From assembly GCA_963693365.1 (NCBI GenBank), contig CAVNZM010000001.1, positions 9,812,907 through 9,876,906 on the forward strand: a stretch of DNA of 64,000 nucleotides, read 5' to 3'. The notes below the pieces were generated by a model. That model searched no databases, was not told the DNA's origin, and worked only from the letters and a program-made list of their open reading frames with translations. Position numbers and translations under genes: made by a program. Below, in pieces: positions 1 through 14,104 of the stretch (positions are counted from its first letter, which is position 1; the number at the start of each line of letters is the position of its first letter). Origin of the DNA: Amoebidium appalachense (lineage: Eukaryota > Protista > Ichthyosporea).

Positions 1-81
1 AAGGATAGGAGTGATAAATGCGAAAATTCGAAGGTTTTGCAAGGAGTCTGGGTCCTCTTGAAGCACCCCCGGGAAGAAGGG

Positions 82-122
<41 letters not shown>

Positions 123-865
123 CCTGCTCCAGCGACGAGTGATTGTGTGAGATATCAGGCAGCAGAATGAAACTGACAAGGGGGAGGCTCCTGGGGAGGA
201 GGAGCTGGATATAATTACAGACTAGAGGGATATGTGCGAATTTTCGAGGGGTTATCGATATTGGATAATTGATGATATGGGCAGAAATCAATGGTTTTCT
301 TCGAGCTTGATTGGAGATCTCACAGATTAGACGGATGCTTGCAAGGCTTCGAAGGGTGGAGAGGTGTTGGTTTCTTTTGGACGAGATTTTTCGTTCTTTC
401 GTTCTTTTTTCCGTTGTTGGTGTATTTTGTTTTTGTGGGGTGGTTGGCATGGAGAGGGCCTATAATGGAAAGTATGATGTGCATGTCCTAAGGGGTGCCA
501 GTTGTGAGGTTTTGTATGGGAGAGCCCATTTTGGATGGAAGGAATGACTACGCATTTTTCAGGGAATTACTAGGGACGAGATATACCGGACGGGATATAT
601 TGCGGAGAAAATAATATATACGTAGGGAAAGGGTTGTTGGGATGGCCGCATCGGTAATGGGTGGTAACATGAATATGCATAAGCAGAGTTCTTATTTGTA
701 GGTAGAGTAGTTGCTGTTGAAAAGTTTTGCGAAAATGTATGATGGTTGTTTGATTTTTTTTTCTTTTTACATGGTAGAATAAAACAGGGAGATATACGTG
801 GATCCAGGTAATGGTAGACAAAGTGCAGGCGGGATTTGTTCGAAAGTGTTTGCAGAACACACACA

Positions 866-939
<74 letters not shown>

Positions 940-1805
940 TGCTGGGTGGCGATGAACCTTAATGAATGAAGGCGCATTATAAAAATCAAGTAATGCCATT
1001 GTTGGCAAGGCAAATATATCGATTGTATGTGGATGTGGGTGGTTGTGGTGTGGTTAATGGAACGGTGGGTGCATTTTTATTATTATTATTTTTGTTTTTT
1101 TGTTTTTATTTTTTTATATATTTTTTTTTGTTGTTGATTTGTAAAGCACATGGACATGAGTGTTCTATTCCTTTTCCTTTTTTATTTTTATTTTATAGCA
1201 GTGTGTCGCTATATTCCTACTTTTTTATTGTTTTATAAAAACTTATTCCTATTTTTTTTATATTAGACAATACTAGCTGTGTGTTCCATAGAAATGTTTC
1301 ACATACTGGTTTTTCGCCTTTGATGGCGTTTGAGATAGTATGGGGAAATTTCAAGTAAAGAACAAAAAAATCACTAATCGGTTTCCTTTTCAAGACTTTC
1401 TGGCGGTGCATACGCGGTCAACCTATGAAAGAAACACTCTGCATTTGGATTTTAAATCCAATAAAGTAAACTAATACTTTTGTGGAGGCAAAAGGATTCG
1501 CAACAAAAGGCATTTTGCGCTGATGTTTGGCCGTGACGGTCACATTTGCATTTTCGTACTTTTTTGGCTGTTTTATTACTGAGTTGTGGTGACTGACGTC
1601 AACTGAATATGATAATCCTCGAAAGATTGTGTCGACGGCGTGGTTCAGGACGTCATTGGGTGAAAAATTGTACATGGGTCAGTGTTACCCATAGCCATGT
1701 GTGTGTGTGTGTATAATTACGTATACAAGTGAATGGATTATGTCGACCCGCGGCGGGGTGCTGCAGGGTCTCTATTAGAAGGGTATTAGAAGGGGAGGAC
1801 TCCAA

Positions 1806-1838
<33 letters not shown>

Positions 1839-1909
1839 ATTTAGTACACTTCTCTAGCTAGACGCATGCATCATGTTACGTATACAGTAGGTGCTGGGGC
1901 GACTGGAAG

Positions 1910-1941
<32 letters not shown>

Positions 1942-2037
1942 CAACTCCCCCCAAATACAGCCCAACCACCACCACCACCACACGTGCACACACGTCACAC
2001 ACACGGTGACACCGTCACACACACATACATGTACGAA

Positions 2038-2075
<38 letters not shown>

Positions 2076-2607
2076 TGCACACACACACATACCAAGTCAA
2101 AAGAGAACTATGTTTCATATATTTCCTGGTTCAGGTGTTTTGTATGTACAATCACACACACAGCCTGTGCGAGATATGTCACTTTCTTGTCTAAATTGGC
2201 ACATGAACATCAAGAAGGGTGGGGTGAATCCCAAATATGTGCAAAACACGGGGACATATGACATTTTCTAAATTTCAAAACTTCGCTATCTCGAGCCACT
2301 ATATTTGCAAGAACACCACTTCTAAGTATCACCACACTCGGTAAATCTCAATATTTCTCAAAATATATAACGAATTTACAGATTTAATTTTATCATGATC
2401 AGTCGGCGTAGCCAGCCATTCTCTCATGATTCTCTCAAGACAAACTGAAATCGGATTTCCCTTGTCACATTTTCTTCAAAGAATAAAAAATAAATAAAAA
2501 GCAATTAAAATGAAAACCCCCCACCCTATTCGGTATTTTACAACTCTACCTGTTTGCACTGTAAATAATAAATCATGAAAATGAAAACATCCACCACATC
2601 CGGTATA

Positions 2608-2812
2608 TCACAACTGCGTATTTGCACTAGTGATATATTTGTATATCTCCTCCGCATTCCTGCCATGTTTGGCCGACGTTCGCGGGGACGGTTCCGATTG
2701 GTAGCTTATCAGGTCGAGGTTTTGCCCCTGCTTGGACAGTTGCCGGCCCAGCGGGGGGATCTGTGTGTATTTCTGCTGCGGGATTGGCTGGATCGTCCTG
2801 AGGTAGGGGCGA

Positions 2813-2851
<39 letters not shown>

Positions 2852-2947
2852 AAGGAAAGAAAAGGAAAAAACACTGTCAATAAAGGCATCGAACTCCTAA
2901 TCTGCCCACGTCCTAACAATCCCCCTCCCCCCCCTCCCCCCCCCCTC

Positions 2948-2984
<37 letters not shown>

Positions 2985-3477
2985 TCCTCCCCGCCCCCAC
3001 CCCCACCCCCACCACCACCACCACCACCCACAAAAACAACGTCAAGAAAGCAAAGGGTTCCATTAAGTAACACAGGTGTCGAATTCTTAGTGTCTGCAAT
3101 ACCCCTCCCCCTCCCCTCCCCACCCCCTCCTCCTCCAACCTTCCCCCCCCCCCCCCCCCCCCCCCCCCCCATCTCCCCCTTCCAAACAAAAGACAAAAAC
3201 AAGCAAACGAACAATGGACACACACACACACAACATTCACACACACACACGCACACATGGACACAGACACATACACACACATCACACACGCACCACACAC
3301 CCACACACACACATGCCCTCCCCCCCCCCCCCCCCCCCCAAACACACACACCCATCCATCCACCCATCCACCCACCCACACACACACCCAAATCCATCCA
3401 CACCCATCCACCCAACTACCCACGCACCCATTCACCCACCCATTCACCCACCCACACACACACAAACACCCATCCAT

Positions 3478-3533
<56 letters not shown>

Positions 3534-3633
3534 ACTCACTTTACAGCCCATGTGTACCTCCTCCTGTGCAGACAGTATGCCCCTATGGCAGTCAGAACAA
3601 GCAGGCCCATGCCGCAGGCAAGCACGAGCGTGG

Positions 3634-3670
<37 letters not shown>

Positions 3671-4408
3671 TGTGTGAACGTGTGGGGGTGGGGGGTGGGG
3701 GTGGGGGTATACATGTGTGAATGCCCGTGTGTGTGTGTGTTCAAGGAAAAAGTGGCTGAGAAAGGGGCAACAGAAGTTCTGATAACCGTGAAGGGGTGGG
3801 ATGGGGGGATGGGGGGAGGAGTGGGTGTTGGGGTAGGGTGGGGGACGGGGGGAGGGGGGTTGGAAGAGAGGAGAGAAAGGGAGAGAGAGAGTCTGAGAGG
3901 GGTGGGTAAAAGCCGAAGGTGGAGTGTGTGTGTGTGGGGGGGGGGGGGGGGGGGGGGGGGGGGAGGGGTGAGGAAAGGCAGTCAGCACTGGTTTCTTCTA
4001 GATGCATCCATACAGCGAGCGTGAACGCACACAAATTTGTAACAGTAGGTACAGCACACGCACACAGACACAGGCACCGCACAAAAAAAAGCACAAACCC
4101 ACAAGCAGACACACAGAGATGCATGCAAGCATATTCCTATCCCCACACACGCACACACAGACACAAGGGCATTCCTACCCCCTCCCCACACACAGAGAGA
4201 CAAAAGGTCGCCCTTCCACGCACATGCACGCACACACACACACACAAGCGTGTTCCTATCCGCACACACGCACATTCAGCAACACAAGTGACTGATGAGC
4301 ATGCCCGGGCAAACACTTACATGGCAGTCCCAGGATCTGGTCATTCTCCGAAAATTCGAACACAAGCAGCGACCCCATCTCTTCTGTTTTGTTCATTCCC
4401 CCAATCAT
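2608..4408 (-). CDS. Putative 3-exon gene for a 117-aa single-pass membrane protein (exons 4408-4321, 3633-3558, 2797-2608)
   Basis: GT-AG introns (GTAAGT...CACACAG; GTACAC...CCTCAG) join in phase (88+76+190=354 nt). Translation: MIGGMNKTEEMGSLLVFEFSENDQILGLPSTLVLACGMGLLVLTAIGAYCLHRRRTIQPIPQQKYTQIPPLGRQ...EEIYKYITSANTQL*. It has a hydrophobic helix followed by HRRR and an in-frame stop just upstream of the ATG. No recognised homologue. Confidence 0.65.
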
Positions 4409-5700
4409 ATCCCTTCACAACGCTTTCTCTCTTCGATAGTAGCTCGGAAAAGGTGCGAAAAAAACGACGGCCGAGACCAAACAGCCCGCAGGTCCCGAGT
4501 TCTCAGGCTTGTCCTTTGGAAGAAATTGATGTCGAAACAGAAGAATGTGCTGGTGAATGATGCACCTCTTGATCACACTGGATAACTAATAATGGCCTTT
4601 CCAGTAACTTGGAAGTGCTGCCGCCGGAATCTGTTCGCTTTGCCCCAACCAAGGCACGCGTGTGTTCAAACTTTCAACTCTACGTCTACTCGAGTTTCCC
4701 CGCTCGCAAATATCTCATATGAGCCGGACTTCTTGGCACGGTTACTTGGTATATAGTCGCACTTTATGAAACGATATACCGACAAACAGCTGTATTGCAA
4801 GGTTTTTTAAACAGTGGAATGACTAAATAATCACATCAAGGATTACACGTTGGGTGACCCAAACACTTGACTGAAAAACACAACACTCTGGTGAGGTGTG
4901 GTGACTCACTGGTGACTTCTCGCCTCGTACAATCGTCATCTGTGCGATTGCACTTGGCCCGCCGCCCAATTTAGTTGGGTCCAATAGGAGCGCTTGAACT
5001 GGAGGAGTGCAGGAGTTATACTCGAACGTGCGTTGGGGGCGGTGTATATTTTGTGCGTACGACAACTTAATGCGTTCATTATTGTTTTCGTAGAACGTTT
5101 TACTTGTTGCAATGTGTAAAGAGATCATGCTTTAACTATCTTTGTCCTATAATGTTAGTGTATAAAGTAAATGTGTTTTGTTTGGGATAGCTTAAGAGTT
5201 TTTTTTTATTTGTTTTTGGGCAAAAGATTTTATGTTTTGTCTGCCCTCCTCGAAATGCCTTGATGACCCTCAATCTGATTGGCTTACGGTATATAATTCG
5301 CGTAACTGTCCATAAATGGTTTACGAATAGCTTTATTTGGACTGTTTTGGCGGGAAACCGAAAACACTTGCACGTGACTGTGTTCTCGGTTTTCACGTTT
5401 TTTCTGTTAGCCTACAGTACTGTTTTTTTATGTTTCTTTTTGTTTTGGCTCAGCTCCTGTCATTCATATTCAAGAGTGCCCAAGTTTTGCCTATAGCACT
5501 GTGCACGTCTGCATCCCACGCACACATCTTATATTCTTTCTCACAGTCGTGATTAGAGAGAAAAAACATCGAGTGAAAAACCTGTGCTCGTAATCTAGCA
5601 CGCCATACACCATAACTACCGATAAACGCGCCAAGGAGTGTAGGGGACCCAAGTTATTTGTCATTTACAGACCTAGTAAGCGAACGTTTCCCTAAACCCT

Positions 5701-5750
<50 letters not shown>

Positions 5751-6438
5751 GGTTTCTGTGCGTGCGCGATAGCTTCTATTCTGTTTCTTACACTCTGAGA
5801 TGATGTCACAGTCTCTGCCTCAGCCCAGGGAATAAGGGAGGGAGGGAGCCGGGAGGAGGGGGGAGGGGGTGGGGGGGGGAGGGTGGCATTGAAAGAGCGA
5901 GTATGGTTGCTTATTATACGGAGCTTAGAGTGAGGAACAAGCAAAATCTCCACAATCTGAGTCCGGGGGGGGGGGGGGGTAGTGAGAACAGGAAGGTGAA
6001 ATGGGGAGGGGCGGGGGTGGGGGTGAACGGGTTCTGTTTTGTGGGGGGTTTTGTGGGGGGGGGGGGGGAAAGGGGCCAGAGGGTAGAGGAAGGGTTGCAG
6101 GGGTGGATGGGGAGGATGATAATTAGTGTGAGGTTGGATGGGGGGAAGGATGAAGGGGGTTTTGGGGCGGAGTGGGACCGGAGGGGAAGGGGCGGGGGGA
6201 GTGAGGGTAGGGTTGGGTGGGTGAGCGGGTGGGGGGGTGGGGGGAGGGGAGAGGGAAGGGGGGGGCGGGGAGGGGGGGGGGGGGGGGGGAGGGGGCTCAC
6301 CGTGGAAAAGGAAAAATTATGGGGAGGGATTATTGTAGTACTGTTGCTGGAAAGGAGAACATGCAGTTACAACCCAATCGAAGGTGTGTGCGTATTTGTG
6401 GGGAGGGAGGGATAGGTAGGGGTGGTGGTGGTGGGGGT

Positions 6439-6507
<69 letters not shown>

Positions 6508-7022
6508 GGGAGGGGTATGTATGACTGTGCAACATAGGTTGGGCTGGCCGTGTTTTCTTTCTTTTCTTCTTTTTCTAAAAAGGAAAAACATGGTGGGTGG
6601 GAGGGATGGGATGTGTGTGTGTATTTTGGGGCCTGGGGGGGGGGTTGGGAAGAGAGGGGGGGAAGGTGGGTTGGGGGGTTGGGTTGGGGGGGAACGGGAG
6701 AGGAAGGAGGATAGTGATCGATGAAACGGCCAGGGATTGAAAGGATGTGAATGTTCACAGGGGATGGGTGGGCGTGGGAGGGGGGGGTGGGGGGGGGGTG
6801 GGGGCCAAACCACACAAACATTTCTGAACATGCAAACGAAAGGGGCCGGGGATGGGGATTCAGGAAGGGGTGGCCAGGGGAGGGGAGGGGGTGGGAGGGC
6901 CGGGGGGGGGGGGGGGGGGGGGGGGGGGAGAGGGGGTGGGTAGGGCAACAAGAAATGCGACCATGAGTAAGAGGCATAACACGGCAAACGAGTTTGTGCT
7001 GGAGAAATAATCCCCCTCTTCT

Positions 7023-7068
<46 letters not shown>

Positions 7069-7266
7069 CACACACACACAGGGGGCAGGGCAATATCAAC
7101 GCCCTAACAAAGACACATTTGAAGCCACTCATACACATGTACCTTGGAAAAAGTGCCGTGTTGTGATTTGTTATGTTGTTGACCCCCCCCTCTCTCCCCC
7201 CTCCCCCCCCCCCCCCCACCCCCACGCCTACACATACACGGATACCGAGGGCAAGGAGATTTTGAA

Positions 7267-8433
7267 ATGGCGGAAAAGGAGGAAGCAACTATCGAGGGGA
7301 GTGACGACGAATGGGAGGAACAGGTGTGTGTATGTGTGTGTGTCCGCCGGTGTGGATGCTTGTCTCCATGTTTCCCTGTGAGTTTGTCCGTGTGTGTATG
7401 GGGGGGGGGGGGGAGGGGGGAGGGAGGGGGGGACAAGGGTATATGGGTGAGGGGGTATGGGCAGGTGGAGAGGGAGTCAGGGAGGGCGGGGGGGGGGGGG
7501 GGGGGGGGGAGATGAAGGCATGGTTGGGTGGGTGATCGTGGTGGTGGCTGTGTGGGTTACTGTGGGTGGGTATGTGGTGTGTGTGTGTGTGTGTGTGTGT
7601 GTGTCTGTGTGTGTGTGTTGTGTGTGTGTTTGGGGGGGGGGGGAGGAGGGGGGGGGGGGGGGGAGGGGGAGGGGGGAGGGATTCGTAAATGTGTGTGTGT
7701 GCTGTTGGAGACATGTGGCATGTGCCGAAGCGAAAGGAGTGCCCTGGGGGGGGGGGGGGGGGGGGGGAGGGAAAGGAGTGAAGGTGAATTCGAATTTTTA
7801 GGATGGCTGTATTCATGCTATCCATGTCTTGATCTCTGGAAGGGTGATTCTTTTAGGCCGATTTATAGGCCCTTTTGCAGGCCAAAATGCTGTTTTGATG
7901 TGCATCTCACCAATCAACAAAGCGTAAATTGAGTTCGGGTCTGACCCGACCCGGAATTTTTTATTAAAAAACCCCTTTAATGAGACATACAATTTCAACA
8001 GCAAATCATGGAATACCTTTCTAAGTGGTGGGTCTATATGTGCTATCCATGTCAAATATCCTTATGACATAAAATTTCAACAGAAATTAGCAGAGTTGGT
8101 TTTTGGTGGTTTTTGTATTTATGCCATCCATGTCTTGATATCCTAATGACATGAAATTTCAACAGCAAATCGTGGTTGAACTGCATGGGATCATGGATCC
8201 GGACTTTTTCACCACGTGCAAGGGTGAATACAAGATACTGGTATGTGTGTCCCCAAGCCTCTCTCTCTCTTCTCGCATTGTCTCCTCTCTCTCTCTCTCT
8301 CTTACCCCTCTTTCCCCCCACTTTTATATGTATCCCCATGCCATTCCCTCTCCGTCCCTGCCTGCCCCCCTTCCCCCCCCCCCCCCCCCCCCTCCCTCCT
8401 CCCTCCCTCCGTGCCTCTTCGCCCCCCGTCTCC

Positions 8434-8470
<37 letters not shown>

Positions 8471-8613
8471 CTCTCCCCCTCCTCCCCCCTCTCTGTGTTT
8501 TGTGTGGGGGGGGGGAAAGAGGATTGGTCATTCCTCTTTCCCTTTAGCTCTCCTCCCTCCTTCTCTCTCGCTCTCTCTTGCTGTCTGTTTCTCTCTCTCT
8601 ATCTCTCTCTCTC

Positions 8614-8649
<36 letters not shown>

Positions 8650-8996
8650 CCCCCCCCCCCCCCCCCCCCCCCTCTCTCTCTGCCTCCCTCCCTCTCTCTC
8701 TCTCTCTCTCTCTCTTCCCCCAACCCCCCCTCTCCCTCTCTCTCTCTCGTCCTCTCGCTCCCCCCCTCCCCCCCCCCCCCCCCCCCCCCCTTGTTTTTTG
8801 CCAACTAACGCATGTGTGCATGCACGCATCTGCACATACACACATACACTCACACACACACATACCTCGGACTCAACCATTTATGTGGCTCAGTCATGTA
8901 TTTGTTTTGCTTTAACCAGTTCTTCCGTGATACAGTTCTTTCTGTGGTTGCATAAGACCAGGGTGAGACCCCTTTCTGCCCCCCCACACACCTTTT

Positions 8997-9034
<38 letters not shown>

Positions 9035-9367
9035 GGGGGCGTGGGGGGAGGGGGGCTGTGTAAAGAAGCTGCTTTGTCGTATGATATATGATTCGTTTTT
9101 AAGTATTTGGAATGTGAACACAAATTTTAACCAACCAATTAAATACAGGGTTTAGAAACGGGCACGCCCATGCTCCAAGTAGACAATGTGATCTTTAAGG
9201 GTCAGTACGAGGAGCCGATGGGTACTGACCTTTTGTTTAGCGTTCCCAAAAATGGTAAGTGTCCCCCCCCCCCCCCCCCCCCCCACACACACACAGTGTA
9301 CATTGCCCCCCCCCCCCCCCCCCTTTGCTTGCGCGCACGCGCACACACACACACACACGAGCGCGCG

Positions 9368-9414
<47 letters not shown>

Positions 9415-9646
9415 ACACATTCTTTGGTCGAAACTCGAGTACTGTGGATGACTTGGGCCCCGCTTAAGGATGTGCTCTGCTTGTTATGCATACTCTATTT
9501 GTGTACTATGCAACATCTGCACGTGAGCTGTCCGGTATGTGTATATTTAGTTTGTGCTCTTGCAACATTCTAATCCCCTTCCCCCAACCATACACACACA
9601 CTCATGCACACACACACACATGCACACACACACGCACACATGCGCG

Positions 9647-9694
<48 letters not shown>

Positions 9695-9842
9695 CACGGA
9701 GGATGAAGTCACCCTCGTAGGCACGTCAACGAAACATATCCGATTTGAAAGAGTGTTCTTGGTGCCAAAATCGACTGATTTGGAGTCATTGGGGGAGGGA
9801 CCCTTAAATGGGGAACAGAAGGACAAGAAATCTGAGGTGTGA
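7267..9842 (+). CDS. GTF3C6: General transcription factor IIIC subunit 6 (TFIIIC35-like), 4 exons: 7267-7323, 8166-8240, 9149-9254, 9694-9842
   Basis: Spliced in phase: MAEKEEATIEGSDDEWEEQ/QIVVELHGIMDPDFFTTCKGEYKIL/GLETGTPMLQVDNVIFKGQYEEPMGTDLLFSVPKN/GTEDEVTLVGTSTKHIRFERVFLVPK...EV*. This matches the TFIIIC_sub6 pattern as recalled for the human protein (acidic N-terminus, LVELSGIIDSDF..C...KVLGIDTERPILQVD..VF.GEYED.LGT.VIF). Confidence 0.9.
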
Positions 9843-9931
9843 AGGGAGATGAAAACACATGTTGGTGTGTGCGTGTGGAGACGAGGAGAAAGGGGGCGGG
9901 GGGGGGGGGGGGGGGGGGGGAAGGGGGGGGG

Positions 9932-12591
9932 AGGGGGGTTTTGAATGCGGAACACAGTACGAAGTACGCATACACGATGAGAAGCATGGTGCAGGACACA
10001 TGCAAAGGCAAACATTCAAGTATGCAGCATCAGCCATGCGCACAGTATGCGTCATAAGCAGAGCCCATCCTCAGGGAGGGCCCAAGTCATCAATTGCGTC
10101 TGAGTTTCGACCCCTTAGCCCGCGTATATACGACGCTCCAACTCAGACAGCAGCATCAACTGAACTTGGGTGGGTCAACCCGTCTTGATCAAAGACGAGC
10201 AGGGTTGCTTATGTAAGCAAGGTGAGCAAAACGGTGAAGATGTATGTGCAAACTAATGCAGTGCAGCGACAAACGCGTATGCGCTTACAGATGCACGACA
10301 CAGAGCAACCATGCCCGGTTGCATGGAAGTAAAGATGTCTCCACACAGTGGTCTGTCCTGAAAGGACACCTCTGAAAGAAGACAGGGGGGGTTTTGAATG
10401 CGGAACACAGTACGAAGTACGCATACACGATGAGAAGCATGGTGCAGGACACATGCAAAGGCAAACATTCAAGTATGCAGCATCAGCCATGCGCACAGTA
10501 TGCGTCATAAGCAGAGCCCATCCTCAGGGAGGGCCCAAGTCATCAATTGCGTCTGAGTTTCGACCCCTTAGCCCGCGTATATACGACGCTCCAACTCAGA
10601 CAGCAGCATCAACTGAACTTGGGTGGGTCAACCCGTCTTGATCAAAGACGAGCAGGGTTGCTTATGTAAGCAAGGTGAGCAAAACGGTGAAGATGTATGT
10701 GCAAACTAATGCAGTGCAGCGACAAACGCGTATGCGCTTACAGATGCACGACACAGAGCAACCATGCCCGGTTGCATGGAAGTAAAGATGTCTCCACACA
10801 GTGGTCTGTCCTGAAAGGACACCTCTGAAAGAAGACAGGGGGGGTTTTGAATGCGGAACACAGTACGAAGTACGCATACACGATGAGAAGCATGGTGCAG
10901 GACACATGCAAAGGCAAACATTCAAGTATGCAGCATCAGCCATGCGCACAGTATGCGTCATAAGCAGAGCCCATCCTCAGGGAGGGCCCAAGTCATCAAT
11001 TGCGTCTGAGTTTCGACCCCTTAGCCCGCGTATATACGACGCTCCAACTCAGACAGCAGCATCAACTGAACTTGGGTGGGTCAACCCGTCTTGATCAAAG
11101 ACGAGCAGGGTTGCTTATGTAAGCAAGGTGAGCAAAACGGTGAAGATGTATGTGCAAACTAATGCAGTGCAGCGACAAACGCGTATGCGCTTACAGATGC
11201 ACGACACAGAGCAACCATGCCCGGTTGCATGGAAGTAAAGATGTCTCCACACAGTGGTCTGTCCTGAAAGGACACCTCTGAAAGAAGACAGGGGGGGTTT
11301 TGAATGCGGAACACAGTACGAAGTACGCATACACGATGAGAAGCATGGTGCAGGACACATGCAAAGGCAAACATTCAAGTATGCAGCATCAGCCATGCGC
11401 ACAGTATGCGTCATAAGCAGAGCCCATCCTCAGGGAGGGCCCAAGTCATCAATTGCGTCTGAGTTTCGACCCCTTAGCCCGCGTATATACGACGCTCCAA
11501 CTCAGACAGCAGCATCAACTGAACTTGGGTGGGTCAACCCGTCTTGATCAAAGACGAGCAGGGTTGCTTATGTAAGCAAGGTGAGCAAAACGGTGAAGAT
11601 GTATGTGCAAACTAATGCAGTGCAGCGACAAACGCGTATGCGCTTACAGATGCACGACACAGAGCAACCATGCCCGGTTGCATGGAAGTAAAGATGTCTC
11701 CACACAGTGGTCTGTCCTGAAAGGACACCTCTGAAAGAAGACAGGGGGGGTTTTGAATGCGGAACACAGTACGAAGTACGCATACACGATGAGAAGCATG
11801 GTGCAGGACACATGCAAAGGCAAACATTCAAGTATGCAGCATCAGCCATGCGCACAGTATGCGTCATAAGCAGAGCCCATCCTCAGGGAGGGCCCAAGTC
11901 ATCAATTGCGTCTGAGTTTCGACCCCTTAGCCCGCGTATATACGACGCTCCAACTCAGACAGCAGCATCAACTGAACTTGGGTGGGTCAACCCGTCTTGA
12001 TCAAAGACGAGCAGGGTTGCTTATGTAAGCAAGGTGAGCAAAACGGTGAAGATGTATGTGCAAACTAATGCAGTGCAGCGACAAACGCGTATGCGCTTAC
12101 AGATGCACGACACAGAGCAACCATGCCCGGTTGCATGGAAGTAAAGATGTCTCCACACAGTGGTCTGTCCTGAAAGGACACCTCTGAAAGAAGACAGGGG
12201 GGGTTTTGAATGCGGAACACAGTACGAAGTACGCATACACGATGAGAAGCATGGTGCAGGACACATGCAAAGGCAAACATTCAAGTATGCAGCATCAGCC
12301 ATGCGCACAGTATGCGTCATAAGCAGAGCCCATCCTCAGGGAGGGCCCAAGTCATCAATTGCGTCTGAGTTTCGACCCCTTAGCCCGCGTATATACGACG
12401 CTCCAACTCAGACAGCAGCATCAACTGAACTTGGGTGGGTCAACCCGTCTTGATCAAAGACGAGCAGGGTTGCTTATGTAAGCAAGGTGAGCAAAACGGT
12501 GAAGATGTATGTGCAAACTAATGCAGTGCAGCGACAAACGCGTATGCGCTTACAGATGCACGACACAGAGCAACCATGCCCGGTTGCATGG
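9932..12591. repeat. Perfect 453-bp tandem array, ~5.9 copies
   Basis: Identical units recur with period 453 (TTTTGAATGCGG at 9939, 10392, 10845...; identical ORFs every 453 bp in the track). Both ends run into poly-G. Confidence 0.97.
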
Positions 12592-12657
12592 GGGGGGGAG
12601 GGGGGGGGGGGTTGGGGGGGCAGGGTGGTTGGAGGGTGTGGGTTGAAGGGTGTGTGG

Positions 12658-12714
<57 letters not shown>

Positions 12715-12847
12715 TGTGTGCATGAGTGTGTTTATGTGTGCGTGTGCGTCTATATGTGGTTACGCGCGGTGGTAAGGGGCCAGGGCGGTGGGAGAGAGGG
12801 TGTTTGTGGGGGGTATTTGGTGGTTTTTTTTGTTTTTGTTTTTTGGT

Positions 12848-12883
<36 letters not shown>

Positions 12884-13471
12884 GTAGTATCATTGATCTG
12901 AATGAATTGCGTACTGCTTGATGTCTAAACGGTAAATGAAAATCACTTTTGGTGTGTGATATCAACAAAGAAACTGATTGTAATGAATATACCATACACA
13001 CACGTATGTAGGACAGTGGCCATGTATATTCCTTGGGATAGGTGGTTGGGTGGACCAATAAAAACACTTGATCTGTTGCCTGTTTTGGTGGTGCTTGGTG
13101 TAATACATTCCAAGTGTTTTTTTATGGGTTTTTTTTTTGTTTTTTTTCTTTCCCCGTTTTTTTTGTAAACGTTTTTCAGCCTTGTGTTTTCTATTGGTTC
13201 TTTCGGGGGTTAATGCAGTAGGAGAAATCGAAAATAGCGAATAAGCTTATCAACCCCGTAATAATCGGTATGAGATCCCTGGGACAGGGCTTCATTCTGC
13301 ATGAATGCTTTTCTTTCTTTCTCTTTTGGTTACATATTTTTAGAACTCGGAAAACGACAAGATAGAACTATTCATTATGAACCACCCTGCCTCAGGCTGT
13401 ACTCTTCGTGAAATAAAGCCCACGACACAACAAACAAATACCGTGTATCTTGCATCACATAGTGTATGCAT

Positions 13472-13507
<36 letters not shown>

Positions 13508-13689
13508 CTTCCTAAGGGGTTCCCAACTCAAAACGGGAGTGAGGGTCCCAAATGTAATCTTGTGTTGCAACTTGCATTGTCTACACGAAGCCTAGAAACC
13601 TCCCTTTGAATCCCTCCCCCTCCCCCTCCCCGCCTTCCCCGGCCCCCCCTCCCCCCCCCCCCCCCTCCCCGGCCTTATTATTGATCGAG

Positions 13690-13728
<39 letters not shown>

Positions 13729-14104
13729 ATTTAATGCACACGTGCACACACACACGTACATTCACAACCTTTGATCATAACACCTCCCGGGCTTGCTACA
13801 ATACATCTAACCATATAGTGACAATCCAAAAAATAGTATTTATTTTAAAAAAAGAATTGCGGTTCCAATCAAAATGGCTCGAAAGGGAAATGTGGTCCCA
13901 ATCGGATCATACCTCTAGAACACCGACAAATACCTCCCTCCCCCTGCCCGACACTTATAAGCAAGCAACCTCGGAGCCCAAGAAGACACATCAACATACA
14001 CAGCATCTATTCCTTTCTGCTCACTCCCCCCCCCCCTTCCCCCCCTCCCCCCCTGTCTCTCACAACCCCCCCCCCCTCCCCCTCCTTCTCTTCTTCAAAC
14101 AAAA

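Noticed and set aside
1-560. Degenerate LINE RT on the - strand (QEDPDSLQNLR..., SVIISSSSSPG)
   Set aside because: Only faint motif resemblance with many stops; it needs a translated search.
2216-2528. Possible MITE with AGGGTGGGG/CCCCACCCT ends
   Set aside because: The inverted match is only about 9 bp in G/C-run-rich DNA and there is no convincing TSD.
9932-12591. Tandem gene cluster (97-, 99- and 71-aa ORFs) or hammerhead array
   Set aside because: The ORFs overlap on both strands with no recognisable domain. The single CTGAGGA on the - strand lacks a following GAAA. The mL63 last exon is already accounted for at 15315-15253.
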